DNA of 64,000 bases from Heptranchias perlo (lineage: Eukaryota): assembly GCF_035084215.1 (NCBI RefSeq), contig NC_090333.1, positions 67,518,001 through 67,582,000 on the forward strand, read 5' to 3'. The position numbers and the translations under genes are program-made. A model generated the notes under the pieces. That model ran no database searches and was not told the origin of the DNA. It saw nothing but the letters and a program-made list of their open reading frames with translations. Shown in pieces: positions 50,320 through 63,735 of this stretch (position 1 is the first letter of the stretch; every line of letters starts with the position of its first letter).

Positions 50320-50560
50320 GAACCAATCATCCGATAAAACCAGGTAACCTTTGTTCGCACTTTCCTCTCCCCATGAATTTTCCACTCTCCACTTTTCAAA
50401 GTCACCTTCATTTCATCCTTTTCGGAGAAGCCAGTCAGAACCATAGCAGCGTCATCAGTGATTCGCCATACATCAGCCTTTCTGCCTTATCTAAGTTGCT
50501 CAGAGAAACTCCAAACAGCAGCTCTTGGTTAAGTCTTTCGGGATCATTGATCCCCAGCTT
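50320..50560 (-). pseudogene. BLMH: Intronless bleomycin hydrolase fragment (copy A)
   Basis: KLGINDPERLNQELLFGVSLSNLDKAERLMYGESLMT-AMVLTGFSEKDE-EGDFEKWRVENSWGEESANKGYLVLSDDWF with 1-nt deletions at about 50449 (catalytic His codon) and 50410. Confidence 0.9.
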
Positions 50561-50870
50561 GGGCTGTGTTATGTTGATTCTAAGGTCTAAGGTCTTATAG
50601 TTTTGGACACCAACTAACCAAGCTCACAATAACAAATCATCTTTAATGGCTTCTCATTAACAGCGCTGCAAAATCAAAGTACAAAAGCAACATATTTACC
50701 CAGTATCCGGAGAACAGAGATAATACATTGGCTTTGGCGCTCCATCCCAGGTCTGTTCTCACAATTGGTGCTATCCGCGCTAGATTTATGCTTGGCTGCA
50801 ATTATTCCATTAGTCTAATCTTGCTCGAGGATACCCCTGTAGCCATTCCTGCATTCCTCTGCTCAGATAT

Positions 50871-51420
50871 GGGGCACAATTTTAACAGTAAAAAACAAGT
50901 GGGATGAGGGTGGGTGGGTGGGGCATTCAAAATTGCAACCATTTCAGACCTGTCCACTTCCAGTTTTCACGGAGGCGGGATGAGGAGCAGGCGGCCAGCC
51001 CGCTCCCAGGAGGCAGGTTGGTGATTAAAAACTTTCAAGTAGGCTGCGAGCCTCCATTTTTGCAGAGTTTCCGATGTCAACCCCTGGGGGCCGGGATTCC
51101 CAGGTCTTTTCTTTCACACCACGTGAAAGAAGGAGAGAAGGCCGGAAACTAACAGCTTGTGGGAGGAGCAGGAGCGCTTCCCCCAGGCCCAACAAACCTA
51201 CCTGCAGCAATCCCACAACGATCGCGGACCCCCCCCCCCAAAACGATTGCGGACCCCCATGATGACACCCGTCCCAACATCCAACAATCGCGGACTCCGT
51301 GATGATCCCCGATCCTGACACCACCACCACCCCCATGACTGACTCTTCTCCCCCACCAGTGCCCCCATGCCCCCCCCTCCCCAATCCATATAATCAAAGA
51401 CTTACCTGAACATGGCCTCT
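50871..51420. mobile_element. GC-rich interspersed repeat, probable DNA-transposon fragment
   Basis: Starts ggggcacaattttaac, like ggccctgattttaac at about 1233; contains cgatc-rich short repeats. Confidence 0.4.
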
Positions 51421-52718
51421 CCCTGGCTGCTCTCCATCCCCTTCCCGGCAAGTGATCAAAATCATGGCCATGATCGTCTTGGACAAAAAGAATCTGTTTT
51501 TGTGCTGTTGTTTGTTACCGCAAATTCAGCTACGATTTTCCCAAGAAAGAACTCCTGTTTCACATCCCATCTCTACACAATTAAGGCATATCCTGAGGTA
51601 GGTAGTTGGCTCACACGGCATAACCTAATTGAGGACGCTGGTGCCTGCAGTTGTAGCAAAGGTCACCTTTAGTTCAAAAGTTCGGTAGCCTCCACCTTGA
51701 GCAGGCATGTATAAGAATAAAGCAGCATTACTTGTCCGGTTACCAATATCTCTACCTGTTTACAATTATATAAGTTATATTGTTACAGTAATCTTGATAC
51801 ATAGCATCAATAAGCATTCACACTATTCTGGGGCCAGTTTATGGCTGGTGTTGCTACACAACATTCCACATTTTACATCTCACTTGACAAAACCCAACCT
51901 TAGTTTCTGGCTTTCTCGCCTTCTTTCACGTGGCGTGAAAGAAAAGACCTGGGAATCCCAGCCCCCAGGGGCTGAGTGGCCGGTCCTGCTCCTACTTCTT
52001 GTGCTCTTTAGATTTGAGGTTAGGATCAGATCAGCCATGATCTTATTGAATGGCGGAGCAGGCTCGAGGGGCCGATTGGCCTACTCCTGCTCCTATTTCT
52101 TATGTTCTTACTCTGGTGTCAGTCGTACAATGGAACTTCTGCTGGTCTGCATACATTACGTGTTTAATCTTACTGAGAGACACATACGCAAGTACTCTGG
52201 TACTATTAAATACATGGTGGTATTGCACAACTCAATACGTTGCATGATTAACAACTGAATGTGAGAAAGACATTACTACGGTACCAGTACATGCATGGCA
52301 TTGCTAAAGGACTTGACACTGAAGGATTTTATTCTGGCTGGGAAACGTTCACACTACTGTGGTATATTACATGCATGATTCATTCTGTTGCATGATCTAG
52401 ATCTCACTCAAAGAAACATGCATGCCACTCTCATCCCAGTATTATTACACATCTGTAGTTAACTTTCAAAAAAGGACCACGTCCAGTCCCATCAGTGCCC
52501 ACCTCTTCCACTAGCTGGTGTGACCTTTTGCACCACAGTCATCAACTCCTAATAATATTCACGCCTGGTCCTGCAGTAATGTGGTTGGCCTCTGATTTTC
52601 ATGTTTAAAAAAAATGTTGATTGATTATTTGCAGAACTTGTTAAATGTTGTTGTCTCAATGTATCCTTACAATATGAAATGATGTCGAGCTGGTGACTTT
52701 TTGCTTTGTTAGGTGAAA

Positions 52719-52850
52719 ATGACAAAGCGAGTCGCCATTATTGGGGCTGGTGCCAGTGGCCTAACTTGTATCAAATGCTGTTTGGATGAAGACTTGGAGC
52801 CTGTCTGCTTTGAGAGGACTGATGACATTGGAGGGCTCTGGAATTTTCAG
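52719..52850 (+). CDS. FMO5: FMO5-like flavin-containing monooxygenase, first coding exon
   Basis: AG acceptor 52711-52712, 6-nt [47 protein letters not shown] (GxGxxG FAD motif), GT at 52851. Confidence 0.95.
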
Positions 52851-53499
52851 GTTTGTTTTATAGGGGTTTCATTTGGTGTGATCAAAAGTCACAATGTTAG
52901 CATCCCATCCCCTGTTGTCCTCACCATGGTGCATCATTCAATTCAAAGTGGGCCTGACACACAAATAATAATAATACTTTATTGATAATATGTATATAAC
53001 ATTATCCCCCACCCCACCCAACCATGGTGTTTCAATCAGTTGAAGCGGTAGAATCCTGGGATTCTGTTGCACAGTCACTTTCACATTGCAAAAGTATAAC
53101 TCCTGATTCCGATAATGACCTAACTCTAAAGATCAGTCGTACAAGACCCCCTTGGGGAGGCTTTCTCACACTGTTTGGGCTTGCCACTGCATGGAGTATA
53201 AACCAGTCACGTGTTGAGCAGGGTTTATATAGTGCTCAGAGGGGTCTGTAAGGCTCCTAGGCACTTTGTAAACCGAAGCAGAGTTTTCTAAATGTTTCAA
53301 ATGTTGGGTACTCCTATCTCTGCACCCCAAGATATGTAAAAAAAAAAGTACTGAATGCAGAACCTGCATATTTGTGCAAGCAGAGCTCTCGTGGGTTGAG
53401 AATCTGCAGTATAAATCTGCTGCTGCAACCTGTGAATCACTCAGACCAGTAGTGTAGTATAACCCCAGCCTCAAACAGAGACATCTCAGTGATTACAGT

Positions 53500-56345
53500 T
53501 ACATTGAGTCTACTGCACAGAAGCAGGCCATTCGGCCCAACTGGTCTATGCCGGCGTTTATGCTCCACATGAGCCTTCTCCCTACCTACTTCATCTAACT
53601 CAATCAGCATACCCTTCTATTCCATTCTCCCTCAAATGCTTATCTTAGCTTCCCTTTAAATGCATCTATGCTATTTGCGTCGACTACTCCTTGTGGTAGC
53701 GAGTTCCACATTCTTACCAATCTTTGGGTAAAGGAGTTTCTCCTAAATTGCCTATTGGATTTATTAGTGATGATCTTATATTTATGACCTCTAGTTTTGG
53801 ACTCCCACACAATTTTTCTTTTGTCATTTTTGTGTCTGTAGAATACTTTACTATTTCTTTTTATCTAATTTAATTTTGTATTTCCTCTTGGCTTCCCTAA
53901 TTGTTTTTACTTCTTTCCTAACCTCTTTGTATTCCCTTTTGCCATCCTCTCCTTTATTGTCTATGTTCTTATAGTGTGTCTTTTTCTTTAGTTTCAATTT
54001 TACCCTTATTCCTTTATTCATCCATGGTGTTTCATTATTGGCTAATTTGTTCTTGGTTTTTAGAGGAATATATTTGTCCTGAACTCTCCTGATCATCGTT
54101 TTAAATATCTCCCACTGCTGTTCTATCTCTCTGTCTGTCAAAATTTTTTTCTAGTTTACCATCCCTAGTTCCATTCTCATCCCCTCAAAATTAGCTTTTT
54201 TCCAATCTATTACCTTGGTCTTTGTCTTACTCATGTCTTTCTCAATCATTCTCAAGCAACTCGACTAGTCTTCTTCGATAGCACTTCCCAAACTCGCGAC
54301 CTCTACCACCCAGAAAGACAAGGGCAGCAGGCGCGTGGGAACAACACCACCTGCACGTTCCCCTCCAAGTCACACACCGTCCTGACTTGGAAATATATCG
54401 CCATTCCTTCATCGTCGCTGGGTCAAAATCCTGGAACTCCGTACCTAACAGCACTGTGGGAGTACCTTTGCCACACGGACTGCAGCGGTTCAAGAAGGTG
54501 GCTCACCACCATCTTCTCATGGGCAATTAGGGATGGGCAACAAATGCTGGCCTTGCCAGCGATGCCCACATCCCACGAATGAATTAAAAAAATTGTTTTA
54601 GACCGTATTATGTTATGATCGCTATTGCCTAGATGTTCCCCTGTGCTTACTTCTGATCTGATCTGGTTAATTTCCCATTACGAGATCCAGCAGTATTCCT
54701 CTCTTGTGGGCTTCTCACATACTGGGTAAGAAAGGAGTACACACTGTAAAAACTCCATTCCCCTTTCCCTACCTCTTGCCAGTTTATTTGGGGGCAATTA
54801 AAATCTCCCATGATTAGTCTTTGATTTTTTAACTCATTTCATAGATTTGCCAACATATTTCTTCCACTATTAGGTGGTCTGTAGAATATACCTATTAACG
54901 GGATCGATCCCTTATCCTTTGTCTCAATCAAAATGGATTCTGTTTCTATCTTAATATTACTTTTGCCCCTTTTTTCTATTGCCATTATATTGTCTCTAAT
55001 TAGTACAGCTATCCACCCCCCCACTTCTTCTTTCCCTTTCCTTTCTAAAAACGTTATATCCTGCAACATTTAACTGCCAGTCCTGTTCTTTGTGTAACCA
55101 TGTTTCAGTTACCCCTACTACATCTGGCTCCTCGCTACGAATTATTGCCTTCAGTTTCCCAATTTTGTTTCGGATGCTGTGCAGGCAATTTAATTTGTTT
55201 TTAATAATTGTTCCCCTCACTTTGTTTTTAATAGTCAGCTTGTACTTAGTTCTATAATTGTATTTGTTCCCTGACCGTTTATGTTACCGTCATTCCTTAA
55301 CTTGGTCTGACCTTTACTCTCATCTCGTATTTCTTTTATCTTCGGACTTTTGTTATTTTCACCAGATTCTTTCCCCCCACGCCACCCCATCTTACTAGTT
55401 TAAAATCCTATCCACAGCCCTGTTTAACCTTTCCGCTCGGATACTGGGCCCGTTGTGGTTCAGGTGGAGCCCGTCCCAATGGTACAGCTCCTTCCTGTCC
55501 TAGTACTGGTGCCAGTATCCCATGAAATGGAACCCCTCCTTCCCATACCACGCTTTCAGCCATGCATTCACCTTCCTGATCTGTCTATTCCTATACCAAT
55601 TAGCATGTGGCTTGGGTAGTAATCTCGGGATTACCACCTACGAGGTCCTATTTTTTAATTTAGTTCCTAACTTCTGCTATTCTCTTAGCAGGATCTCCTC
55701 CCTTTTCTTCCTAATGTCATTGGTTCCAACATGGACCACAACAACTGGATTTTCCCCCTCCCTTTCCAAGTTCCTCTCCAGTTGCTCCAAGATATCCTTT
55801 ACCCTTGCACCAGGTAGGCAACACGGTCTTGGTCGTGACTGCGGAGGACGCCATCTATCCCTCTAATTATCGAATCTCCTATGACTACAACCTTTCTATT
55901 CTGCTCCTCCTCCACCCCCTCCCCCCACCAATGGACTGCCTCCTGCTCCACAGTGCCATGGTCAGCATTCTGGCTGTCCACCCCACAGCCTGCATCCTTA
56001 TCCTCACAGGTAGCAAGTACATTGTACCTGTTGGATTGGACCAGTGTTTGGGGGACGACCTCCTCTACCTCTCCTAGGTTCCCCATACCCTGCTAACTAA
56101 CAGTCACACTCTCCCCTTACTGTACCTGTGCTTTCCTCTGAGGTGTGACTGCTGTACTCTGGAGAAAACTATCCAAAAATCCCTCCCCCCCCCCCCCCCC
56201 CCCTTATGTGTCGGAGTGTCTCTAACTTGCACTCCAGCTCAAGAACTCTGAGACATTTCCTGCAGATGTGGCAATCCGGGACAGTCTTGCTGTCCACAAG
56301 CTCCCACATATTAAAGTCCTGACACGTAGCCTGTACAGCCATTTC
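53500..56345 (-). mobile_element. Decayed CR1: ORF1 (zinc finger and esterase), endonuclease, and a separate 3' end
   Basis: ATG at 56342 MAVQATCQDFNMWE...HICRKC; NRYNVL; VVVIGDSIIRG; DVVGVTETW; IGIFYRPPN; + strand LINE tail nested at about 54250-54592. Confidence 0.85.
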
Positions 56346-56979
56346 TAGTTTTTATTTATTAGTAATTTAATTCTAGATATAATAGAATTACTTGAGATCT
56401 AGATTATATTTAGTAAATGGATTTAGCTTGATTTCAGTTTAATTTGTAACTAATTAGTCTTGTTTTTTATGTTTATTGACTTCTTTATTTTAGTATCCCC
56501 TTAACTTCCATTTATTATTTATGTATGCCAGATTTTTATTTAATGCAATTCGGATCCCTTTAATGTTGGTATCATCTACTTAGTTAATTTTATCTGCTTA
56601 GATCTAATTAATTAATCTTGTTATTTATTTATATATTTACCTACAGGTGACACCATTCTTTGAGCAGCCAATAGGTCATGTCTCACTAGCACGGCAACAT
56701 GGGCATTGTCAGGAATTTCTTCTTTCTCCCCAACCCAAAAGTGGTACACTCCACAATTGCGTAGTCTGATTTAAAGCCCAGCCAAGAACTAGCAAAAGTC
56801 AACATAACTGTGCCATGCAATTGGAAGAACAATAGAAGATGCTTTTTCCTTCCATACAAAGAATTTTAGACACCAAATGGATCCCCTCTGGAAATTCTTC
56901 TTTCAGTGCTTTCAAATTCTGATTGTTCATTTTTCAAATATCAGCCATGTTGCTTCAATTATGTGTTCAGCTCTCGACG

Positions 56980-58215
56980 AGGGTAAATCTTGGGTATGGA
57001 TAAGAAATTGCCTGAAGGGTAGAGAATGGTGGGTACTTGTTAGAGGAGTTGCTCCGGGGTGGGGTAAAGTACTGAGTGGGATGCCCCAGGGATTGGTGCT
57101 GAGACTGCCGCTGTTTCTTATTTACATCAATGACTGGACTTGGAACCCACATTTACAGATGATACCAATTTATGAGGACACTGGAATCGGAGTCAGGTCA
57201 GAATTAGAGGAAATATTGAGTGGAGAGAACAATGGCAGATGAAGTTTAATAAGACAAACGTAAAGGTACTGCATGTAGGAAGAAATGATGGGCAATACAC
57301 GTACTCAATAAATGGTGTTGAACTAGCTAAGGATGAAGTTGAAAAAGACATTGGAGTCTCAGTAGACAAAATTCCATAGAATGTACAATACAGAAAGAGG
57401 CCATTCGGCCCAGCTGGTCCATGTCGGCTTTATGCTCCACACAATCCTCCTCCCTCCTCATCTAACTCTATCAACATATATTTCTATTCCTTTCTCCCTC
57501 ATGTGTTTATCTAGCTTCCCCTTAAATGCATCTATGCTAGTTGACACAACTGCTCCTTGTGGTAACGAGTTCCACATTCTCTGGGTAAAGAAGTTTCTTC
57601 TGAGTTCCTTATTGGATTTATTAGTGACAATCTTTTATTTATGGCTGTAGTTTTGGTCTCCCCCACAAGTGGAAACATCCTCTCTACATCTACCCCATCA
57701 AACCCCTTCACAATCCCAAAGACCTCTATCAGGTCACACCTCAGCCTTCCCTTTTCTAGACATGCTCAACATGTCCACCTACTGCTGAGCAGCAATCAAT
57801 AAAGCCAATAGAATGTTGAACTATAAACCCAAAACAGTACAGTACAAGTCAGAGGAAGTTATGATTTAAACTGTATATAGTATTCGGCGCAGACCACATG
57901 TTGAATACTCTGGTCACAGAGATATAAGGGAGTCATTCAAGCATTGGAGGCAGAATAGAGAAGATCTAGAAGACCATCTCTGGTGTTAGAGGTCTGAGTT
58001 ATGAGGAAAGTCTGTAGAAATTTGGATATTTCACCCTTGAATGGAGGCATCTCTGAGGTGACCTTATTGAGGTATGTAAGACTGTAAACAGTTTGGGGTG
58101 GGGAGGGCAAATCTGGAAAATTACTTCAAATTAAATTGCAAGTAAGATATAGGGCAACAGGTTCAGACTAGTAATCGGCAAATTTAGGACTGATAGCGGG
58201 AAGTTCTTCTTACAA
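56980..58215 (+). mobile_element. Old CR1 with a nested antisense CR1 3' end (about 57375-57760)
   Basis: SGMPQGLVL...FLIYIND and degenerate RGDLIEV. Confidence 0.75.
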
Positions 58216-58314
58216 ATTCAGATTAAGGGGGAGATTTTAGAATATTGATGTTCGTGCTTTGTACAAAATGCAGCAAAAACCTCCTAAAGAATTAATTGTT
58301 TATTTTTTGTTCAG

Positions 58315-58503
58315 GAAAAAATAACGGATGGCAGTCCCGGCATCTATAAATCATTGATTATCAACACCTCCAAGGAGATGATGTGCTACAGCGATTGTCC
58401 AATTCCTGATGATTACCCGAGCTACATGCATAACTCTAGGATTCTGGAGTATTTCCGCCTTTATGCCAAGCACTTCAATCTGGTGAAGTACATACGGTTC
58501 AAG
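58315..58503 (+). CDS. FMO5: FMO5-like, second coding exon (189 bp)
   Basis: ttcAG|EKITDGSPGIYKSLIINTSKEMMCYSDCPIPDDYPSYMHNSRILEYFRLYAKHFNLVKYIRFK|GT; phase 0, in frame with the first exon. Confidence 0.95.
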
Positions 58504-59094
58504 GTAAGATTTAGATCTGCTTTCCTAAAATTGCAGTGTGAATTATGTTGGGGCTGGTTCTCCTTGGAGACACTGATGAAATTGCTCGCTCTGAGAGCAG
58601 TGCATCAATGACTCGATTTATGCATCTGTGCACAGTTGTTTGACTACAGATGGTCCCAGTGGCAGTCTGGAATCACCGTGTGGCATTGAAGTTAAAGGTG
58701 GTGGTGGGCAAGCAGAGCAGTAATGTGATGAAGGTAAGCTTCAGGTCTGCTTGCAGCATGCGGCTTAATGCTGCAACAGCTTCCTTTGAGAAATGAAGCC
58801 TCCACAGGCACTGCTGCTCAACCAGATGCAAGTAGCAGAGTTTCTGCTTGTGTACTTCTGGTGTGGGATATCAGCAGATGGGTGACACGTACTTGTGCTG
58901 CAACATTACCGGTCTGGCCTCCCTTTTCCTGCACATAGACAGGCATAAAATAGAGGAAACCCTGAGGGGGATAAAAGTATATTTAATGTCTATATATTTA
59001 TGAAGATCGATATGTCCTGTCACCTGTAAACATTTCCTATTAATTCAATATTAATTGTGTCCATTTCATTGTTACATTTCTAGCTACCCTTACC

Positions 59095-59510
59095 ATTCTC
59101 AGGCTGAACCAGACTGTTGCAACCTTGGCATCCCATTTAACCCTGAGCTGAGCTTTCGACCCCATATCTTCTGCATCATAAAGAGCGCCTACTTCCACCT
59201 CTATAACATCACTTGTTTCCGCTCCACCTCAGCCTGTCTGCTGCTGAAACCCTCATCCGTGCCTTTGTCATCTTTGTCACTATTCATGCTCTCCTGGCTG
59301 ACTCCCCATCCTCCAGTTTCTGCAAGCTTCAGGTCATCTGAAACTCTGCTGCTAATATCTGTCCTGCACCATGTCCCACTCGCCCATCGCCCATGTCCTT
59401 GCTGACCTACGTTGGCTCCCGGTCCCTCAACACCTCAGGATTTAAAATTCATCATCCTTGTATTTAAATCCCTTCATGGCCTTGCCCCCTCCCTATCTCT
59501 TTAATCTGCT
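59095..59510 (+). mobile_element. L2 fragment
   Basis: Homologous to 41357-41770. Confidence 0.8.
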
Positions 59511-59594
59511 GTAATCAAAGAGAATAGTTGTGAGGAGTTTATTGAAGAGAGGGATGTTATGGAGATGTAATGGTAGGGTGTTCTATAGAAACAG

Positions 59595-61752
59595 ATGAGA
59601 TGGTATGATGAGGATAAGCAGTGGCAAACATTTAAAAAGATATTTTATGACTCGCAACAAAAATATATCCCTGTTAGGAGGAAAGACTCCACAAAAAGGC
59701 TGAACCAATCATGGCTAACTAAGGAAGTCAAGGATGGTATTAGGTTAAAAGAAAAGGCATACAACATGGCAAAGATTACTGGTAAGCCCGAAGATTGGGA
59801 AAAGTTTAAAAACCAGCAAAGGATGACTAAAAGAATAATAAAGAGGGAGAAAATAAATTATGAGAGTAAGCTAGCAAGGAATATAAAAACTGACAGTAAA
59901 AGCTTCGACAAGTATATAAAACGGAAGAAGGTAGCTAAAGTAAACATTGGTCCCTTAGAGGATGAGACTGGGGAAATAATAATGGAAAACCAGGAAATGG
60001 CAGAGGAATTGAACAGATATTTTGTATCTGTCTTCACAGTAGAAGACACTAATAACATACCAATAATAGCAGAAAATCAAGGGGCAAAGGGGAGGGAAAA
60101 ACTAAAAACAATCACTATTACTAGAGAAAAAGTACTTGGTAAACTAATGGGTCTAAAGGCTGACAAGTCCCCTGGACCTGATGGCTTGCATCCGAGGGCC
60201 TTAAAGGAAGTGGCTAGAGAGATAGTGGATGCATTGGTTGTAATCTTCCAGAATTCACTAGATTCTGGAAAGGTCCCAGCGGATTGGAAAACCGCAAATG
60301 TAACACTCCTATTCAAGAAGGGAGTGAGACAGAAAGCAGGTAACTATAGACCAGTTAGCCTAACATCTGTCAATGGGAAAATGCTAGAATCCATTATTAA
60401 GGAAGTATTAAGACAGGACATTTGGAGACTCATAACACAATCAAGGAGAGTCAACATGGTTTTATGAAGGGGAAATTGTGTTGGACAAATTTATTAGAGT
60501 TCTTTGAAGAAGTAACGGGCAGGGTGGATAAAGGGGAACCAATGGATGCAGTATATTTGGATTTCCAAAAGGCATTCGACAAGGTGCCACATAAAAGATT
60601 ACTGCACAAGATAAGAGCTTGTTGTGTTGGGGGTAATATACTGGCATGGATAGAGGATTGGCTAACTAACAGAAAACAAAGAGTCGGGATAAAAGGGTCA
60701 TTTTCAAAATGGCAATCTGTAACTAGTGGGGTGCCGCAGGGCTCAGTGCTGGGGCCTCAACTATTTACAATATATATCAATGACTTGGATGAAGGAATAG
60801 AGTGTCTTGTGGCCAAATTTGCTGATGATACAAAGATAGGTAGAAAAGCAAGTTGCGATGAGAACACAAATTGTCTGTAAAGGGATATTGACAGGTTAAG
60901 CGAATGGGCAAAAATTTGGTAGATGGAATATAATGTGGGAAAATATGAAGTCATCCACTTTGGGAGGAAAAATAAAAAATCAAAATATTATTTGAATGGA
61001 GAAATACTACAAAATGCTGTGGTACAGAGGGATCTGGGTGTCCTCGTACGTGAAACACAAGAAGTCAACATACAGGTGCAGCAGGTAATCCGGAAGGCAA
61101 ACGGAATATTGGCCTTTATTTCTAGGGATATGGAGTATAAAAGCAGGGAAGTCATGCTACAACTGTACAGGGTGCTGGTGAGACCACACCTGGAGTACTG
61201 CGTACAGTTCTGGTGCCCTTATTTAAAGAAGGACATACTTGCATTGGAGGCAGTTCAGAGAAGGTTCACTAGGTTGATTCCGGGTATGGAAGGGCTGTCT
61301 TATGAGGAAAGATTGAACAGGTTGGGTCTATACTCATTGGAGTTTAGAAGAATGAGAGGAGATATTATTGAAACGTACAAGATTCTGAGGGGTCTCAATA
61401 GGTTAGAAGCTGAGAGGATGTTACCCCTCATGGAGGGGATCTAAAACTAGGGGGCATAGTCTCAGAATAAGGGGTCGCCCGTTTAAGATGGAAATGAGGA
61501 GGAATTTCTTCTCCCAGAGGGTTGTGAATCTTTGGAATTCTTCACCCCAAAAAGCTGTGGAGGCTGAGTCATTGAATACATTCAAGGCTGAGTTAGACAA
61601 ATTTTTGATCAGCAAGGGAGTCAAAGGATATGGGGAAAAGGCGGGAAAGTGGAGTTGAGGTAAAAATCTGATCAGCCACGACCTCATTAAATGGCGGAGC
61701 AGGCTCGAGGGGCCAAATGGCCTACTCCTGTTCCTATCTCTTATGGTCTTAT
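59595..61752 (+). mobile_element. Young 5'-truncated CR1 LINE
   Basis: Long ORF2 pieces: KSPGPDGLHPR, YLDFQKAFDKVPH, GVPQGSVLGP, KFADDTK, RPHLEYCVQFW; cttatggtctta tail. Confidence 0.96.
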
Positions 61753-62185
61753 AGAGTTGGGGCAATGTGGCTGAAGGAGAGCCACTGATGGTGTAATGGA
61801 GGGAGTGGGAAATCCTGAGTAGGCTGGTGTTGGAGGACTGGAGACTGCATGAATAACACAAGCCTAGAGGAGATCACGGAGATTGGGAGGGGCAAGGATA
61901 TGGCGGGATTTGAAGGTGAGGACCAAAATCTTTAATTCACTTTTCTGGGGCACAGGAAACCAGTGGACTTAACAAGGAGAGGAATAATAGGGCGGGGGTA
62001 CGGGTGAGAACATAAAGGCTGTGGCATTTTGATGACAGATGTGTGGTTGAGCCTCTATTTATTGTTTCATCATAAAATAAAAGATGTTAAAACTCTTTTC
62101 GGTTGCTGCCTTTTCAGCTCCACACCCTGCAGCTAGATACTATCTCTGTATTGTTGGATTTGCCACAGCTTTTCCTACAGGTTGA

Positions 62186-62706
62186 GAATCATAGAATCAT
62201 AGAAGTTACAACATGGAAACAGGCCCTTCGGCCCAACATGTCCATGTCGCCCAGTTTATACCACTAAGCTAGTCCCAATTGCCTGCACTTGGCCCATATC
62301 CCTCTATACCCATCTTACCCATGTAACTGTCCAAATGCTTTTTAAAAGACAAAATTGTACCCGCCTCTACTACTGCCTCTGGCAGCTCGTTCCAGACACT
62401 CACCACCCTTTGAGTGAAAAAATTGCCCCTCTGGACCCTTTTGTATCTCTCCCCTCTCACCTTAAATCTATGCCCCCTCGTTATAGACTCCCCTACCTTT
62501 GGGAAAAGATTTTGACTATCGACCTTATCTATGCCCCTCATTATTTTATAGACTTCTATAAGATCACCCCTTAACCTCCTACTCTCCAGGGAAAAAAGTC
62601 CCAGTTTGTCTAACCTCTCCCTGTAAGTCAAACCATCAAGTCCCGGTAGCATCCTAGTAAATCTTTTCTGCACTCTTTCTAGTTTAATAATATCCTTTCT
62701 ATAATA
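62186..62706 (-). mobile_element. CR1 3' end
   Basis: ORF 62269-62718 is the ORF2 C-terminus; (catagaat)n tail; possible gagaat TSD. Confidence 0.93.
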
Positions 62707-63514
62707 GAGAATGCTCAAAGTATGGAAAGATTTAAAATGTTGAGCTGCCTAGATCCAATATGAATATAATCAGGCAGAGAACGTTTTAAATATACCATAT
62801 AGAACTAGCTTTGCTTTTCTCACTCCACTCTAACCTGGTCTCTGTATAAAATATAAGCTTTTTGTTCCTTTTGCCTTATTTGCGACCCATTGTGATGACA
62901 GCACGCTTGCTGCCAGCTCTGGCTTCAATACCAGACGGAGAGTAAATCCTGTCTTTGCAGAATCTTGGTTATTTTGAAAAGAAGAATAAAGTTAGCAAGA
63001 TGTTTGCTGATGAATGGGATTTTCCCTTTTGCTGTCAATCAAGATTCAAATTCCTTGTTGTTACATATGGGAATTCCCAAAGATTGTGAATGCTGCATTC
63101 CTGAGTTACTGATCTTAGCTGGGAAATCAGGGAGTCACTGGGCAGTTGCTGGAAGGATGAAAAATATCTAGTCAGCCCACGTTGCTGTCTCACATCTTCA
63201 GCTTGGGGCCTAGAATTGTCCAGGTGGAGGTTGTCACTGGAAACAGGTCTGCGGTGGCCATCTGTTCCCAAGTACAAAATGGGGTAGGGAGCGAGATTGG
63301 GCTGGGACTGTGCTGAGTCATGATGTTCGCTTTGTTGCTGATGGAAGCTCATTGAAAATATTAATAGCCTCAGTAAGAAAGGCCTCTACATTGCAAAGCC
63401 TGGAAACAAAATGGGAAAGAAATGGACTTCTGTTTTAAAACAAAACGCCTTTTCTTCAAACACCCATAAGGAGACACTAGGTTGCCCCAGTGTCATCAAC
63501 TCAAAAAAAATCTA

Positions 63515-63735
63515 ACAAAAGTGTCCCCCTTTTAAAGGGGCACAACTAATAAAACCCAAATCATAAAAAGACAAAGGAAACTTAAATAATTAAATAATGT
63601 TATTACTATTATCCACTACACAGTCCCTGCGGTGCCCACTGGTCGCAGAAGGCCTCAAGCATACCGACAGACACTGCATGCTTCTTCTCCAGGGCCACTT
63701 GGGCGCGGACAAAGCCCAGGAAGAGAGGCAGGCAG
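63515..63735 (-). mobile_element. Tx1/L1-like LINE 3' end fragment
   Basis: Homologous to 34040-34240 in the opposite orientation. Confidence 0.55.
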
